Part shown: piece by piece, positions 1-8,088 of the stretch | Layout: each line of letters opens with the position of its first letter | Position numbering within the stretch: the stretch's first letter is position 1 | Origin: a virus | IMG/VR virus record: IMGVR_UViG_3300010352_000628 | Location: 688-64,687 of that record | Length of the DNA: 64,000 nucleotides | Direction: 5' to 3' (one strand) | Translations under genes and position numbers: made by a program | The notes under the pieces: model-generated | Seen by the model: the letters and a program-made list of their open reading frames with translations, nothing else | Told to the model about the DNA's origin: nothing | The model's database searches: none

Positions 1-84
1 GGCAACTCAGGTGGCTGATCCTCTTCGTCAGTTCCTTCTTTTTCAATTGCGGTCTCGTCTACCTCCTCCTCCGAGGGTAGGCGC

Positions 85-125
85 GGGGCGGCGGTTCGCG
101 GATTTCCCGCCGCCCCAAGGTTTTT
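85..125 (+). terminator. GC-rich hairpin followed by a T-tract (possible intrinsic terminator)
   Basis: GGGGCGGCGG...CCGCCGCCCC stem, then AAGG and TTTTT. Confidence 0.4.
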
Positions 126-196
126 GGCGGTGTAAAACGCACGGTGAGCGCGTGAAACTCCGTGGGCTGTTGCTGATTTGGCGAGGCGACGTCGAG

Positions 197-352
197 GTGC
201 GCAAGACGAAGGCCGGCGACTTCTCGGGTTTCGGTTTTGCGTGCTTGTTTATCGGCGTAATTTCTGTGCTCATCGCACTCTCGGCGATTGGCTCTATTCG
301 CACGCCGGAGGCATGGGCACTTCAGGAAGTTTTGAGAATCTTCGGTCGGTAA
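197..352 (+). CDS. small membrane protein
   Basis: GTG start within ORF 11..352; hydrophobic segment FGFACLFIGVISVLIALSAIG. Confidence 0.5.
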   Translation: MRKTKAGDFSGFGFACLFIGVISVLIALSAIGSIRTPEAWALQEVLRIFGR

Positions 353-361
353 GGAGATGGC

Positions 362-619
362 ATGGAGCGCCAGAACCAACCCGTGCTTGGCCTGCCAGCA
401 GGCCGCTACTACTGCATCGGCTGCCAGCAGTTTTACGACGGCGAACCCGTCGTCTGGTTCAAAAATCGCCCGGCGTGTTCTGCCCGTTGCTTCGACCGCA
501 TGGCCGAAGCCGACAGGCTGGTAACGGAGAACCCCGGCCCGCTCTCGTGGTGGGACGTGGCGCTCAGCGTAGCGTGGATTGGATTCGTGGTGTGGCTGCT
601 GACGTGGGGGTTGGCATGA
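362..619 (+). CDS. Zn-finger-like protein with C-terminal TM helix
   Basis: AAGGAG RBS; CIGC...CSARC; hydrophobic C-terminus. Confidence 0.65.
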   Translation: MERQNQPVLGLPAGRYYCIGCQQFYDGEPVVWFKNRPACSARCFDRMAEADRLVTENPGPLSWWDVALSVAWIGFVVWLLTWGLA

Positions 620-975
620 CGCGCGCGGCGTTCTTCTCGGCGCTTTCCGAGGCCGCCTACGATCTCGACCAGACACACGGCCAGGTGCTTCTGGCGCTGA
701 ACGTGGCAGAAACGAGCTTGGCTGTCCGCGATGAGCGGATCATTTCGGAAGATGCCGAGATGATGCTGATTGAGTTGGTCGGACGAGTTCGTCTGGCCAG
801 CGACCAAGCACAGCGGCTCGCGCGGGAACTGAAAATCGATCCGGCATACGGACATGTTGGTGGGTCGATCGTCGAACAGATTCGCGAGAATTTTCGGGCC
901 ATCCGGAATCAGCCGACGGCTCTGGATCTGACAGGTCTGCCGGCGGATCAGCAGCGACCGACGGAGGGCGTGTGA
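616..975 (+). CDS. hypothetical protein
   Basis: ATGA overlap with the upstream gene; 3' part of ORF 178..975. Confidence 0.6.
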   Translation: MTRAAFFSALSEAAYDLDQTHGQVLLALNVAETSLAVRDERIISEDAEMMLIELVGRVRLASDQAQRLARELKIDPAYGHVGGSIVEQIRENFRAIRNQPTALDLTGLPADQQRPTEGV

Positions 976-1054
976 AGAACTTTCTCCAGTGGCTTCTCGC
1001 CGCCGCAATTGCTCTGATTGTGGTCCATGTGCTTGAGCAGTGGGGGCTACTACT

Positions 1055-1390
1055 ATGACATTCACAGCATCCTGGCCGGTTTTGGTTCAGATCCAAGAGG
1101 CGACCCGCGAGCGGCCCGTCACCATCGCCACGATCCAGGCAGCGACGGGACTCTCGCCGCGGGCGATCAAGGCCGTTGTGGAACGGATGCGGCGCGAAGG
1201 CATAGCCATTGGAGCCAGCCGGGGGAAAGTGGCCGGGTACTACTGCGTCCGGTCGGTGGCTGATGCCGAGGCAGCCATCGCGCCGCTTGTTCGACAGTTG
1301 AGCGAGATGGCGAAGACAGTGCGGGCGATGGTGCCGGAGAGCCGGTATCGGGAGTTGGTCGGGCAGGCGGTGTTGGAGGTTGAGAAGTGA
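1055..1390 (+). CDS. winged-HTH DNA-binding protein
   Basis: TIATIQAATGLSPRAIKAVVERMRREGIAIGAS...GYY pattern typical of phage wHTH proteins. Confidence 0.65.
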   Translation: MTFTASWPVLVQIQEATRERPVTIATIQAATGLSPRAIKAVVERMRREGIAIGASRGKVAGYYCVRSVADAEAAIAPLVRQLSEMAKTVRAMVPESRYRELVGQAVLEVEK

Positions 1391-1394
1391 ACTT

Positions 1395-1545
1395 GGCAGG
1401 CGGGGTTAGGCTAGGCGCGGCATGGACGGGCTCGGCAGGTTTGGCAAGGCAAGGTGCGGATGGGAGAGGCCCGACGAGGCAGGATTGGCAGGACTCGGAG
1501 AGTCGGGTTTCGGTGCGGCATGGCATAGCAGGCGAGACGGGACGC
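1395..1545 (+). repeat. pentameric GGY-NN array 1 (candidate guide-RNA array)
   Basis: GGCA|GGCGG GGTTA GGCTA GGCGC GGCAT GGACG GGCTC|GGCA|GGTTT GGCAA GGCAA GGTGC GGATG GGAGA GGCCC GACGA|GGCA...; intergenic, directly upstream of the RAMP-like gene. Confidence 0.85.
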
Positions 1546-1585
1546 CATGTTCCCGATGCGGTAAACACACACACCAAGGAACAGT

Positions 1586-2227
1586 ATGACTAACACAAAC
1601 ACAAAGACGGTGGCGATCAAGCCGCCAAACTTCGGAACGGCGGTTTTCGGAATCAGGGGCACGGCCCCGCTGGTGATCCACCGATTTTCTGCCAAGACGA
1701 AAGAGCAGATGAAACAGAAGATGGAGGAAGGCAAGTCCGCATCCTCCAAGCGGGTCCGGGAGCCGAAGTCCACGGACGACACTTTCATGGAGGCCCGCTA
1801 CATCGCTAAGGACGGATGGGACGGCTTCAACGCGGCCTCCGTGCGTAACGCGCTCATCTCCGCTTGCCGACTGGTGGGCTTCAAGATGACGCTGGCGAAG
1901 ATGAGCCTCTTTGTCGAGGCCGATGGTTGGGACGCCAAAGAGCCGCAAGTTCCGTTGATCCGCATCCTCGGCAAGCCGACCAAGCAGGAGGACATGGCCC
2001 GCGTCGAAACTGGCCAGCCCTACGTCACCGTCCGGGCGGCCTATTTCGACTGGAAGGCGAAGGTCAAAATCAAGTGGGATCAAGACCAGTTCAGCCTCGC
2101 CGATGTCACCAACTTGCTTTCCCGCGTCGGGATGCAGGTGGGGCTGGGCGAGGGACGGCCAGACTCAAAGAACTCAACCGGCATGGGCTGGGGCACGTTC
2201 GAACTTGAGCAATCCAAAGGAGCGTAG
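1586..2227 (+). CDS. stand-alone RAMP/Cas7-like protein (candidate VIPR-type RNA-guided effector)
   Basis: AAGGA RBS; N-terminal strand IRGTAPLVIH; ASVRNALISA helix; C-terminal glycine-rich loop GMQVGLGEGRP...GMGWGTF as in RAMP proteins; flanked by pentamer arrays. Confidence 0.75.
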   Translation: MTNTNTKTVAIKPPNFGTAVFGIRGTAPLVIHRFSAKTKEQMKQKMEEGKSASSKRVREPKSTDDTFMEARYIAKDGWDGFNAASVRNALISACRLVGFKMTLAKMSLFVEADGWDAKEPQVPLIRILGKPTKQEDMARVETGQPYVTVRAAYFDWKAKVKIKWDQDQFSLADVTNLLSRVGMQVGLGEGRPDSKNSTGMGWGTFELEQSKGA

Positions 2228-2229
2228 TC

Positions 2230-2679
2230 ATGACCGATCCGGCAATCATTGCAGAGCTGAAGCGGCTGGCAGATGACAACGGCGGCGTGCTGACGGCTTC
2301 AACCATTGTTGTGGCGGCGCGTGATGAAGAGTCTATACTCCATTCCCAGTTTGAATGGGATGACAGCGCGGCTGCTGAACAGTACAGAATGTGGCAGGCG
2401 CGTCGTTTACTGAACGTCGTGGTTGAGTACATCGGCCCAAAGGACGGGCAGAGACGGACGCGAGTGTTCGTGAGCCTGACGCCGGATCGGACCGGGAAGG
2501 ATGGGGGGTACCGCCAGATCACGGCGGTACTCTCCGACCGAGAGCACCGCCAGCAGTTGCTCGACGATGCTCTCGAAGAGATGGAGCGGTTCCAGAGGAA
2601 ATACGAGGAGTTACAGGAACTCGTAGAGGTCATCAGTGCCATGCGTAAGGTCTGCAAGGCTCGCGTGGCGGCTGACTGA
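2230..2679 (+). CDS. conserved phage protein, companion of the RAMP-like gene
   Basis: starts 2 nt after the RAMP-like stop; motif LTASTIVVAAR..SILHSQFEWDD.AAAEQYR..QARRL; enclosed by the two arrays. Confidence 0.75.
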   Translation: MTDPAIIAELKRLADDNGGVLTASTIVVAARDEESILHSQFEWDDSAAAEQYRMWQARRLLNVVVEYIGPKDGQRRTRVFVSLTPDRTGKDGGYRQITAVLSDREHRQQLLDDALEEMERFQRKYEELQELVEVISAMRKVCKARVAAD

Positions 2680-2681
2680 TC

Positions 2682-2875
2682 GGCTTGGCGTGGATGAGCA
2701 GGCATGGCGGGAACTGGCTTGCCGATGCAGGGCACGGCCGGGCTTGGCGTGGCGCGGCAGGCAAGACGGGTCGAGGAAAGGCGAGGCAAGGCATGCTAGA
2801 GCAGGCGAGGCGTGGAGAGATTGGGAGAGTTGAGACATGGATGGACATGGCGCGGAACTGATGGGGCAGGCGGTG
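2682..2875 (+). repeat. pentameric GGY-NN array 2 (candidate guide-RNA array)
   Basis: AGCA|GGCAT GGCGG GAACT GGCTT GCCGA TGCAG GGCAC GGCCG GGCTT GGCGT GGCGC|GGCA|GGCAA GACGG GTCGA GGAAA GGCGA GGCAA GGCAT GCTAG|AGCA|GGCGA GGCGT GGAGA... Confidence 0.85.
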
Positions 2876-2895
2876 TTGGGTGACGAAAGGACGAC

Positions 2896-3621
2896 ATGAG
2901 CAATGAACTGACGGTCGCGCCCCAGACGGGCGTGGCGGAGACGCAAGCGCCGGAGCAGAACATCCTCGCCGTGATCGCACGGGCGGCGGCGGACCCCAAC
3001 GTGGACACGGGCAAGATGCGAGAACTCCTGGACATGCAGGAGCGCTTCATGCGGACGCGGGCGGAGATGGAGTTCAACGCCGCGATGGCCCGCATCCAGC
3101 CGAAGATGCCGCGAGTGAATAAGCACGGGCAAATCGTCGTACATAACGAGATCCGGTCGAAGTTCGCCCGCTACGAGGATCTGGACGCGGCAATCAGGCC
3201 ACTGCTGGAGGAGGAAGGGTTTGCGCAGGACTTCGACTCCGAGGATCTTGGCGCAAAGATGAAGGTTGTCCTCTGTGTGTCCCACCGTATGGGCCACAAG
3301 GAGCGGCGGCAAATCACGCTGCCCTACGATGCCAGCGGGGCGAAGTCGGGGACGCAGGGGACTGGCAGCACCTACACGTTCGGCAAGCGGTACTTGGTCC
3401 AGAACTTCTGGAACATCATCACGACGGATGACCCACTCGATGACGACGGGCAGGGAGGCTGCATCAGCCTCGACCAGCAAATCGTCATCAACGACTTGCT
3501 CAAAGAGGTGAAGGCGGACACGACCGGCTTCCTCAAGTTCATGGGGGCGTCGTCGGTGGACGCCATCCCGGTTGCACAGTACCAGAAGGCAATCAACGCA
3601 CTGGAGAGGAAGCGGCGGTGA
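2896..3621 (+). CDS. erf: ERF-family single-strand annealing recombinase
   Basis: SKFARYEDLDAAIRPLL, QGTGSTYTFGKRY and DDDG motifs; adjacent exonuclease. Confidence 0.85.
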   Translation: MSNELTVAPQTGVAETQAPEQNILAVIARAAADPNVDTGKMRELLDMQERFMRTRAEMEFNAAMARIQPKMPRVNKHGQIVVHNEIRSKFARYEDLDAAIRPLLEEEGFAQDFDSEDLGAKMKVVLCVSHRMGHKERRQITLPYDASGAKSGTQGTGSTYTFGKRYLVQNFWNIITTDDPLDDDGQGGCISLDQQIVINDLLKEVKADTTGFLKFMGASSVDAIPVAQYQKAINALERKRR

Positions 3622-4280
3622 TTGTCTACGACACCCTCGAGCAGGGGACGCCCGAATGGTGCGAGGTGCGCAGGGGCATCCCGACAGCCAGCAACTTCGA
3701 CAAGATCCTGACGCCGGGGGGCAAGCCATCAGCACAGGCGAAGCCGTACATGCGGCATCTGATCGCGGAGTTGATCATCGGCAGGCCGATCCAGCAAGTG
3801 AAGACGAGTTGGATGCAGCGCGGCAACGAGATGGAAGGCGAGGCGATGTCCTTTTACGAGTTCGACCAAGAGGTCACTATCAAGCGCGTCGGGTTTATTG
3901 AGAACGATCTGAGGACGTGGGGCTGTTCCCCGGACGCGCTGGTAGGTAACGACGGAATGGCTGAATTCAAGTGCCCAGCCCCGGATACGCACATCGGCTA
4001 CATGTTGTGGTCCGATGTGGCGACTGACTACCGGGTCCAACTCCAAGGGCAACTGTTTGTCGCCGAGCGCGACTGGGTAGATATCTGCTCTTACCACCCG
4101 GAGTTGCCGCCAGTGATTGTGAGGGTCCAGCGGGACGAGCCGTACATCACACTGCTCGCCGCCGCGCTGGAACAGTTCGTGGAGGATATGTCGATCGAGC
4201 GGCAACGCCTCATCGACTTGGGATTCACAATTCATGAGCGGACGCCCGGCGAGCCGCTTGCGGTCAAAGGAGCAGCATGA
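3618..4280 (+). CDS. YqaJ/lambda-exonuclease family protein
   Basis: QGTPEW...R.G..TAS, MQRGNEME, GCSPDALV...EFKCP, Y.VQLQGQL. Confidence 0.92.
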   Translation: MIVYDTLEQGTPEWCEVRRGIPTASNFDKILTPGGKPSAQAKPYMRHLIAELIIGRPIQQVKTSWMQRGNEMEGEAMSFYEFDQEVTIKRVGFIENDLRTWGCSPDALVGNDGMAEFKCPAPDTHIGYMLWSDVATDYRVQLQGQLFVAERDWVDICSYHPELPPVIVRVQRDEPYITLLAAALEQFVEDMSIERQRLIDLGFTIHERTPGEPLAVKGAA

Positions 4281-4618
4281 CGAAGAAACTGACGGCGAAA
4301 CAGCGGCGCGAGGCTGCGCTGCGAGATGCGGTCACGGAACGATTGAAAGACATACTGGCCGGAGCGTTTGGCCCGTACATCGTCAGCCAGTTGACTGACG
4401 TGACCGATGACGAGTGCAGTGTATCGAGCCTTGGAACGGACGTGTTTTCACGCTTCATCGGCGGTGTGCGTAATGCTTGGGGAGTCGCAGAGGAAAACCG
4501 AAACGACTACCCCTGGAACGTGAACGCGCTGGAGAACTGGGACAAGCCGCTGCCTGAGATCGCCGAGTGGCTGTGCGGCTTCGACGCGACGGTCCAAGCA
4601 ATGAAGGGGCGCGTATGA
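4277..4618 (+). CDS. hypothetical protein
   Basis: coupled ORF with AGGAG RBS. Confidence 0.6.
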   Translation: MTKKLTAKQRREAALRDAVTERLKDILAGAFGPYIVSQLTDVTDDECSVSSLGTDVFSRFIGGVRNAWGVAEENRNDYPWNVNALENWDKPLPEIAEWLCGFDATVQAMKGRV

Positions 4619-4809
4619 CGACAGGCCCGAAACCCCCACGCGCCCGCCCACTGGCGAAGGCACTGAAAGACATCAACGACAAACTGGCGGCTATCGAAGC
4701 CAGGCAAGCATCCTTTGCGAAGGTACTCCTGCCGCTCTATGAGGGAGCAACGATTGTGAAGCCTGCACCCGGACCGATTGCCCGGTTTTTCCTGAAGGTG
4801 GGTCTATGA
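4615..4809 (+). CDS. hypothetical protein
   Basis: ATGA overlaps on both sides. Confidence 0.55.
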   Translation: MTTGPKPPRARPLAKALKDINDKLAAIEARQASFAKVLLPLYEGATIVKPAPGPIARFFLKVGL

Positions 4810-4994
4810 CGCCCTACACGGCAACCGAAAAGGCGCGGATTCTCGTCGAGGAGATGGATAACCTCGATCAGTACGACGCGCAAACGAAGGAGATGAATAA
4901 GCAGCGCAAGTTGGGCCGCGAGCAGATTCTCAACAGCATCGGCATGTTGCGAGAGGACGTGCGGCAGATGCGGCTAGACGAGGTGGCGGAATGA
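4806..4994 (+). CDS. hypothetical protein
   Basis: coupled ORF. Confidence 0.55.
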   Translation: MTPYTATEKARILVEEMDNLDQYDAQTKEMNKQRKLGREQILNSIGMLREDVRQMRLDEVAE

Positions 4995-4995
4995 A

Positions 4996-5217
4996 GTGGA
5001 CACTTATATGAATCGAAAAACCATCACGAAGGCGACGGGAGGGCTGGCGCGGGAAATCGTCATCGCGTGGGATGTTGGAGGCGTACTTGTGACCGAGCGC
5101 GAAGGTTGGCTGCCGACCGGCGCGACCCGCCTCCAGTGGGAGGAATCCTGCATTTCTCTCAGGTTTAGCGAACTTAGGAAGATCGCCGAGGCCGTGCTTG
5201 GGGAGCCGAAACTATGA
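4996..5217 (+). CDS. hypothetical protein
   Basis: ORF in tight operon packing. Confidence 0.5.
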   Translation: MDTYMNRKTITKATGGLAREIVIAWDVGGVLVTEREGWLPTGATRLQWEESCISLRFSELRKIAEAVLGEPKL

Positions 5218-5468
5218 CGCCCTGGGAGCAGGTCGAAGCCGATCGCCTCGCACGCCGCTCGGCGTGGCGTAAGACATACCGGCCCAACGGGGGCGCGTTC
5301 GTTGTCACGAGTCCCGACAGGCTCGTCGGCGAGATGCGCAACGAGGAGTTGGATGCGCTCAACTACGGCGGCAGGATCAAGGGCCGCTGGCGGGTGACGA
5401 TAGCCCGGTGGCTGACGTGGATGGCGGCGGTACTGCTGACGGTAGAGATTCGGGAGGCGAAGCCATGA
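5214..5468 (+). CDS. hypothetical protein
   Basis: ATGA coupling. Confidence 0.55.
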   Translation: MTPWEQVEADRLARRSAWRKTYRPNGGAFVVTSPDRLVGEMRNEELDALNYGGRIKGRWRVTIARWLTWMAAVLLTVEIREAKP

Positions 5469-6043
5469 GCGACACCCACAGTCTGATGAGTATGGTGGAG
5501 CACGAGGCCGGGAAGTTGCATCAGCGCATCGCCGACCTCGAAGCCGAACTCGCGGCGGCGAAGGAGAAAATCGCGGCTTGGGCGTTGATAATCAAGGCGG
5601 TGAGGGCGCGGCTTACAACAACGAAGGAGTCTCCACAATGGACTTGGGTGGACTTCAACTACATGGTTGAAACCGTCAGGAGCCTTCTGTCTGACTGCGA
5701 CTACGCCGCTATTATTGAAGCTCACGACGCCGAAGTCCGTAAGCCACTAGAAGAGCAGAACGCGGCGCTTGCGGCGGCGCTGGAGAGGTTTCACGCGCTT
5801 GCGGCCACGCTATCCCTGCTGCCTACCGAAAGGCGAACGCACGCTGAAAAACGGTTAGTTTGGGAGGCGGCAAATCACCCTGATATCCCCGCCATCCTGG
5901 CCCGCGTCCGCGCCGAGGCCAGACGCGAGGGGGCGGAGGAAGAACTTGAACGGTTTCTTTATGCGTGGACGATTAAGGGTGGCACAGCTATTTCGTGGGA
6001 AGCGATCCGTGACAGGATCGCCGCGCTGAAGGGAGGCGCGTAG
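5465..6043 (+). CDS. coiled-coil hypothetical protein
   Basis: GGAGG RBS; RIADLEAELAAAK coiled coil. Confidence 0.6.
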   Translation: MSDTHSLMSMVEHEAGKLHQRIADLEAELAAAKEKIAAWALIIKAVRARLTTTKESPQWTWVDFNYMVETVRSLLSDCDYAAIIEAHDAEVRKPLEEQNAALAAALERFHALAATLSLLPTERRTHAEKRLVWEAANHPDIPAILARVRAEARREGAEEELERFLYAWTIKGGTAISWEAIRDRIAALKGGA

Positions 6044-6045
6044 CC

Positions 6046-6261
6046 ATGTGGATCACTGTGGACAGGGTGACGGAAGGCAGAAAAATCTACATCCGGTATG
6101 AAAGTATTTCCCTCGTTCAGAACCTGAATAAACGGGTTTACGTCACCGTCATCGGAGCCGAGGAGGACTTGGGGCCTTGGGATAAGGAGATGGCCGAGTC
6201 GTTCTTGGATCAGTTCGAGCGGTGTGTGGCGGTTGAGGCCCAACTGAAGGGAGGCGCGTGA
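6046..6261 (+). CDS. hypothetical protein
   Basis: GGAGG RBS; flanked by a 16-bp direct repeat. Confidence 0.6.
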   Translation: MWITVDRVTEGRKIYIRYESISLVQNLNKRVYVTVIGAEEDLGPWDKEMAESFLDQFERCVAVEAQLKGGA

Positions 6262-6830
6262 TGGCCAGTGAACTTGATGCCTACATCTACAACTGGACCG
6301 TCAAACTCGCGGCCAAGGACGCCGAGATCGCCACCCTCCGCGCTGAACTATCCCTTGTGAAGGGCGGTGAGCCAAATCATCCCGACCGCGCCTACGCCAT
6401 GAAGGGTTGGCTGAAGACGTTTGGGTTTAAGGTCTTTTGCGAGCTAAAACACAATGAGGTTGGATTCGTTCTTTCTCTACTACAGTGCGGTGACATTTCG
6501 CGCGGGAAAGCGGCTGAGGCGATTGCTGAATTGTTGGTCGGGAACGAGCCGCCGCTGCCCCAGTTGGTTGATGATGTGTTTGGCGAAGACGATCTGCCGC
6601 GAGAAGTGGTAAACACCCTCCGCGCCGCACTGCGGGAGACGCGGGAGGCGCTGGAATGCTGCGCTGAATGTATCGCCGTAGACATGGCAAGGATGGGTTG
6701 CTGTGGGGAAGGCGACTGCGGCGATCACAAAGCCGACCATCAGTTCCCCGTTGGATTCAGGGCAACGCGAGACGCAAGGACCGTCCTCACCAAGTACGCC
6801 GCGCTGGCGAAGGAGGAAGGCAATGGCTGA
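6258..6830 (+). CDS. hypothetical protein
   Basis: coupled ORF; Cys-rich C-terminus. Confidence 0.6.
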   Translation: MMASELDAYIYNWTVKLAAKDAEIATLRAELSLVKGGEPNHPDRAYAMKGWLKTFGFKVFCELKHNEVGFVLSLLQCGDISRGKAAEAIAELLVGNEPPLPQLVDDVFGEDDLPREVVNTLRAALRETREALECCAECIAVDMARMGCCGEGDCGDHKADHQFPVGFRATRDARTVLTKYAALAKEEGNG

Positions 6831-7077
6831 CACCACACGCGGGCTGTACCGCAAGTACAACGTGACCCGTACGGACGGTTCGAGCGAACCTCATGGCAAG
6901 CACCACAAGTGCCAGTATTTCGTCCTCGATCTGGACCATGACGATTTCGCGTGGGCTGCACTGAGGGCGTACGCCAAAGCATGTAAGAGGAGATACCCCC
7001 TTCTAGCTGCTGACTTGCAGAGGTTGGTGGTTGAACGTAACGCAGGGATAGCCCTGATGGAGGCCGCCCGTGGCTGA
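6823..7077 (+). CDS. conserved phage hypothetical protein
   Basis: GLYRKYNVTRTDG...YFVLDLDHD..A..AL.AYA motif common in phages. Confidence 0.7.
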   Translation: MADTTRGLYRKYNVTRTDGSSEPHGKHHKCQYFVLDLDHDDFAWAALRAYAKACKRRYPLLAADLQRLVVERNAGIALMEAARG

Positions 7078-7375
7078 CACAGAACGATCGAATTCCACCA
7101 TGACTATATGGACACGAACATCCCTGGGCGACTACGAGAGTCGCTTAGGCTTCATCTGGTCCCCAAGACCGGGCACGTATGTGTGGCAGCCGCCGCCTTG
7201 CCTGGGGCTGTCTCCGATGCCACACCGCACACTGCGCGGAGCAAAAAGCGCGGCGCTGCGGGTCATGGACGCTGCGTTGAGACAGCAAGCTCCATACCTT
7301 GCCATTCACGGTTGGACTAATCTCGGGAAACCGTTCGAGAAGGCCGCCGCTATCCTGGAGGGACGCGATGGATGA
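7070..7375 (+). CDS. hypothetical protein
   Basis: coupled ORF. Confidence 0.5.
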   Translation: MADTERSNSTMTIWTRTSLGDYESRLGFIWSPRPGTYVWQPPPCLGLSPMPHRTLRGAKSAALRVMDAALRQQAPYLAIHGWTNLGKPFEKAAAILEGRDG

Positions 7376-7736
7376 CGCTCGTCTTGCCAAATTCAATGCG
7401 TGGCAGAAGAATGCTTACCAACTCGTCTTGGAGCGCCTAAAGGCTGAGAGTCCAGACGAGTATAGGCAGGCAATGGCCATGTGGGAAGCGGTTTGGCTGG
7501 GGGGTGATGAATTGATACCGAGCACCAAGCGGGCGACGTGTCGGTGGGCGGAGGGGAATTACCACCATCCGATGAGGCCCAACGATTGCCGAGCCAATAC
7601 ATCTGATTGTCGCTGGCCTGTCCCACCATGGCTGTGGCGTGCCCTAAACATGCCAGTGGCACGGGTGGATGACGACGACTGCGACCGCTGCCCCTGCTGG
7701 GCGGAGAAGGAGAAGGACAATGTTGCTCAGCAATAG
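7368..7736 (+). CDS. hypothetical protein
   Basis: GGAGG RBS; Cys-rich. Confidence 0.5.
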   Translation: MDDARLAKFNAWQKNAYQLVLERLKAESPDEYRQAMAMWEAVWLGGDELIPSTKRATCRWAEGNYHHPMRPNDCRANTSDCRWPVPPWLWRALNMPVARVDDDDCDRCPCWAEKEKDNVAQQ

Positions 7737-8088
7737 CATTGGGCCTGAGCCCATGTGGAGATACCGGCTCGTACGATTGGCGCAGTGTTTTAACTGGGGT
7801 GACCACGAGTACCTGCGCCGGGAGTGGCGCTGGCGCTTTCCGTGGGTCTTTTGGCTAACCGTCTATGAACCGCGTTACTTGCGAGGATGGTCGCGCTTCT
7901 TTCCGTGGCGGCTCCGCACAGCGTGGGCGGGGGTGGTGACTGATCTTCTGGTACGCCGTTGCCCCGGCTGTCGGGAAAGATTCACGTATGGCGAGTTGAC
8001 CGGAAAAACTGGACAACTGAGCAGGTACATGAGCGGGACGACGTGGCACGAGCGGTGCCAGACGGAGGCTCCCGATGACGCGAACTGA
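7720..8088 (+). CDS. hypothetical protein
   Basis: AAGGA RBS; CPGC...HERC. Confidence 0.5.
   Translation: MLLSNSIGPEPMWRYRLVRLAQCFNWGDHEYLRREWRWRFPWVFWLTVYEPRYLRGWSRFFPWRLRTAWAGVVTDLLVRRCPGCRERFTYGELTGKTGQLSRYMSGTTWHERCQTEAPDDAN

Noticed and set aside
1-70. Possible leftward gene start (TTG at 46 with GGAGGAGGT upstream), or terminal redundancy with the window end
   Set aside because: Only 15 codons are visible and the RBS spacing is long; no sequence identity between the window ends is evident.
1387-1593. ORF 1387..1593, and ORF 2636..2833, over the pentamer arrays
   Set aside because: Their Gly/Arg/Ala/Trp-rich translations are a by-product of the 5-nt repeat; a period of 5 does not fit codon structure.
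1395-2875. Canonical CRISPR array or simple microsatellite
   Set aside because: There are no 23-47-bp identical repeats with spacers, and unit positions 4-5 vary without repetition, unlike slippage repeats.
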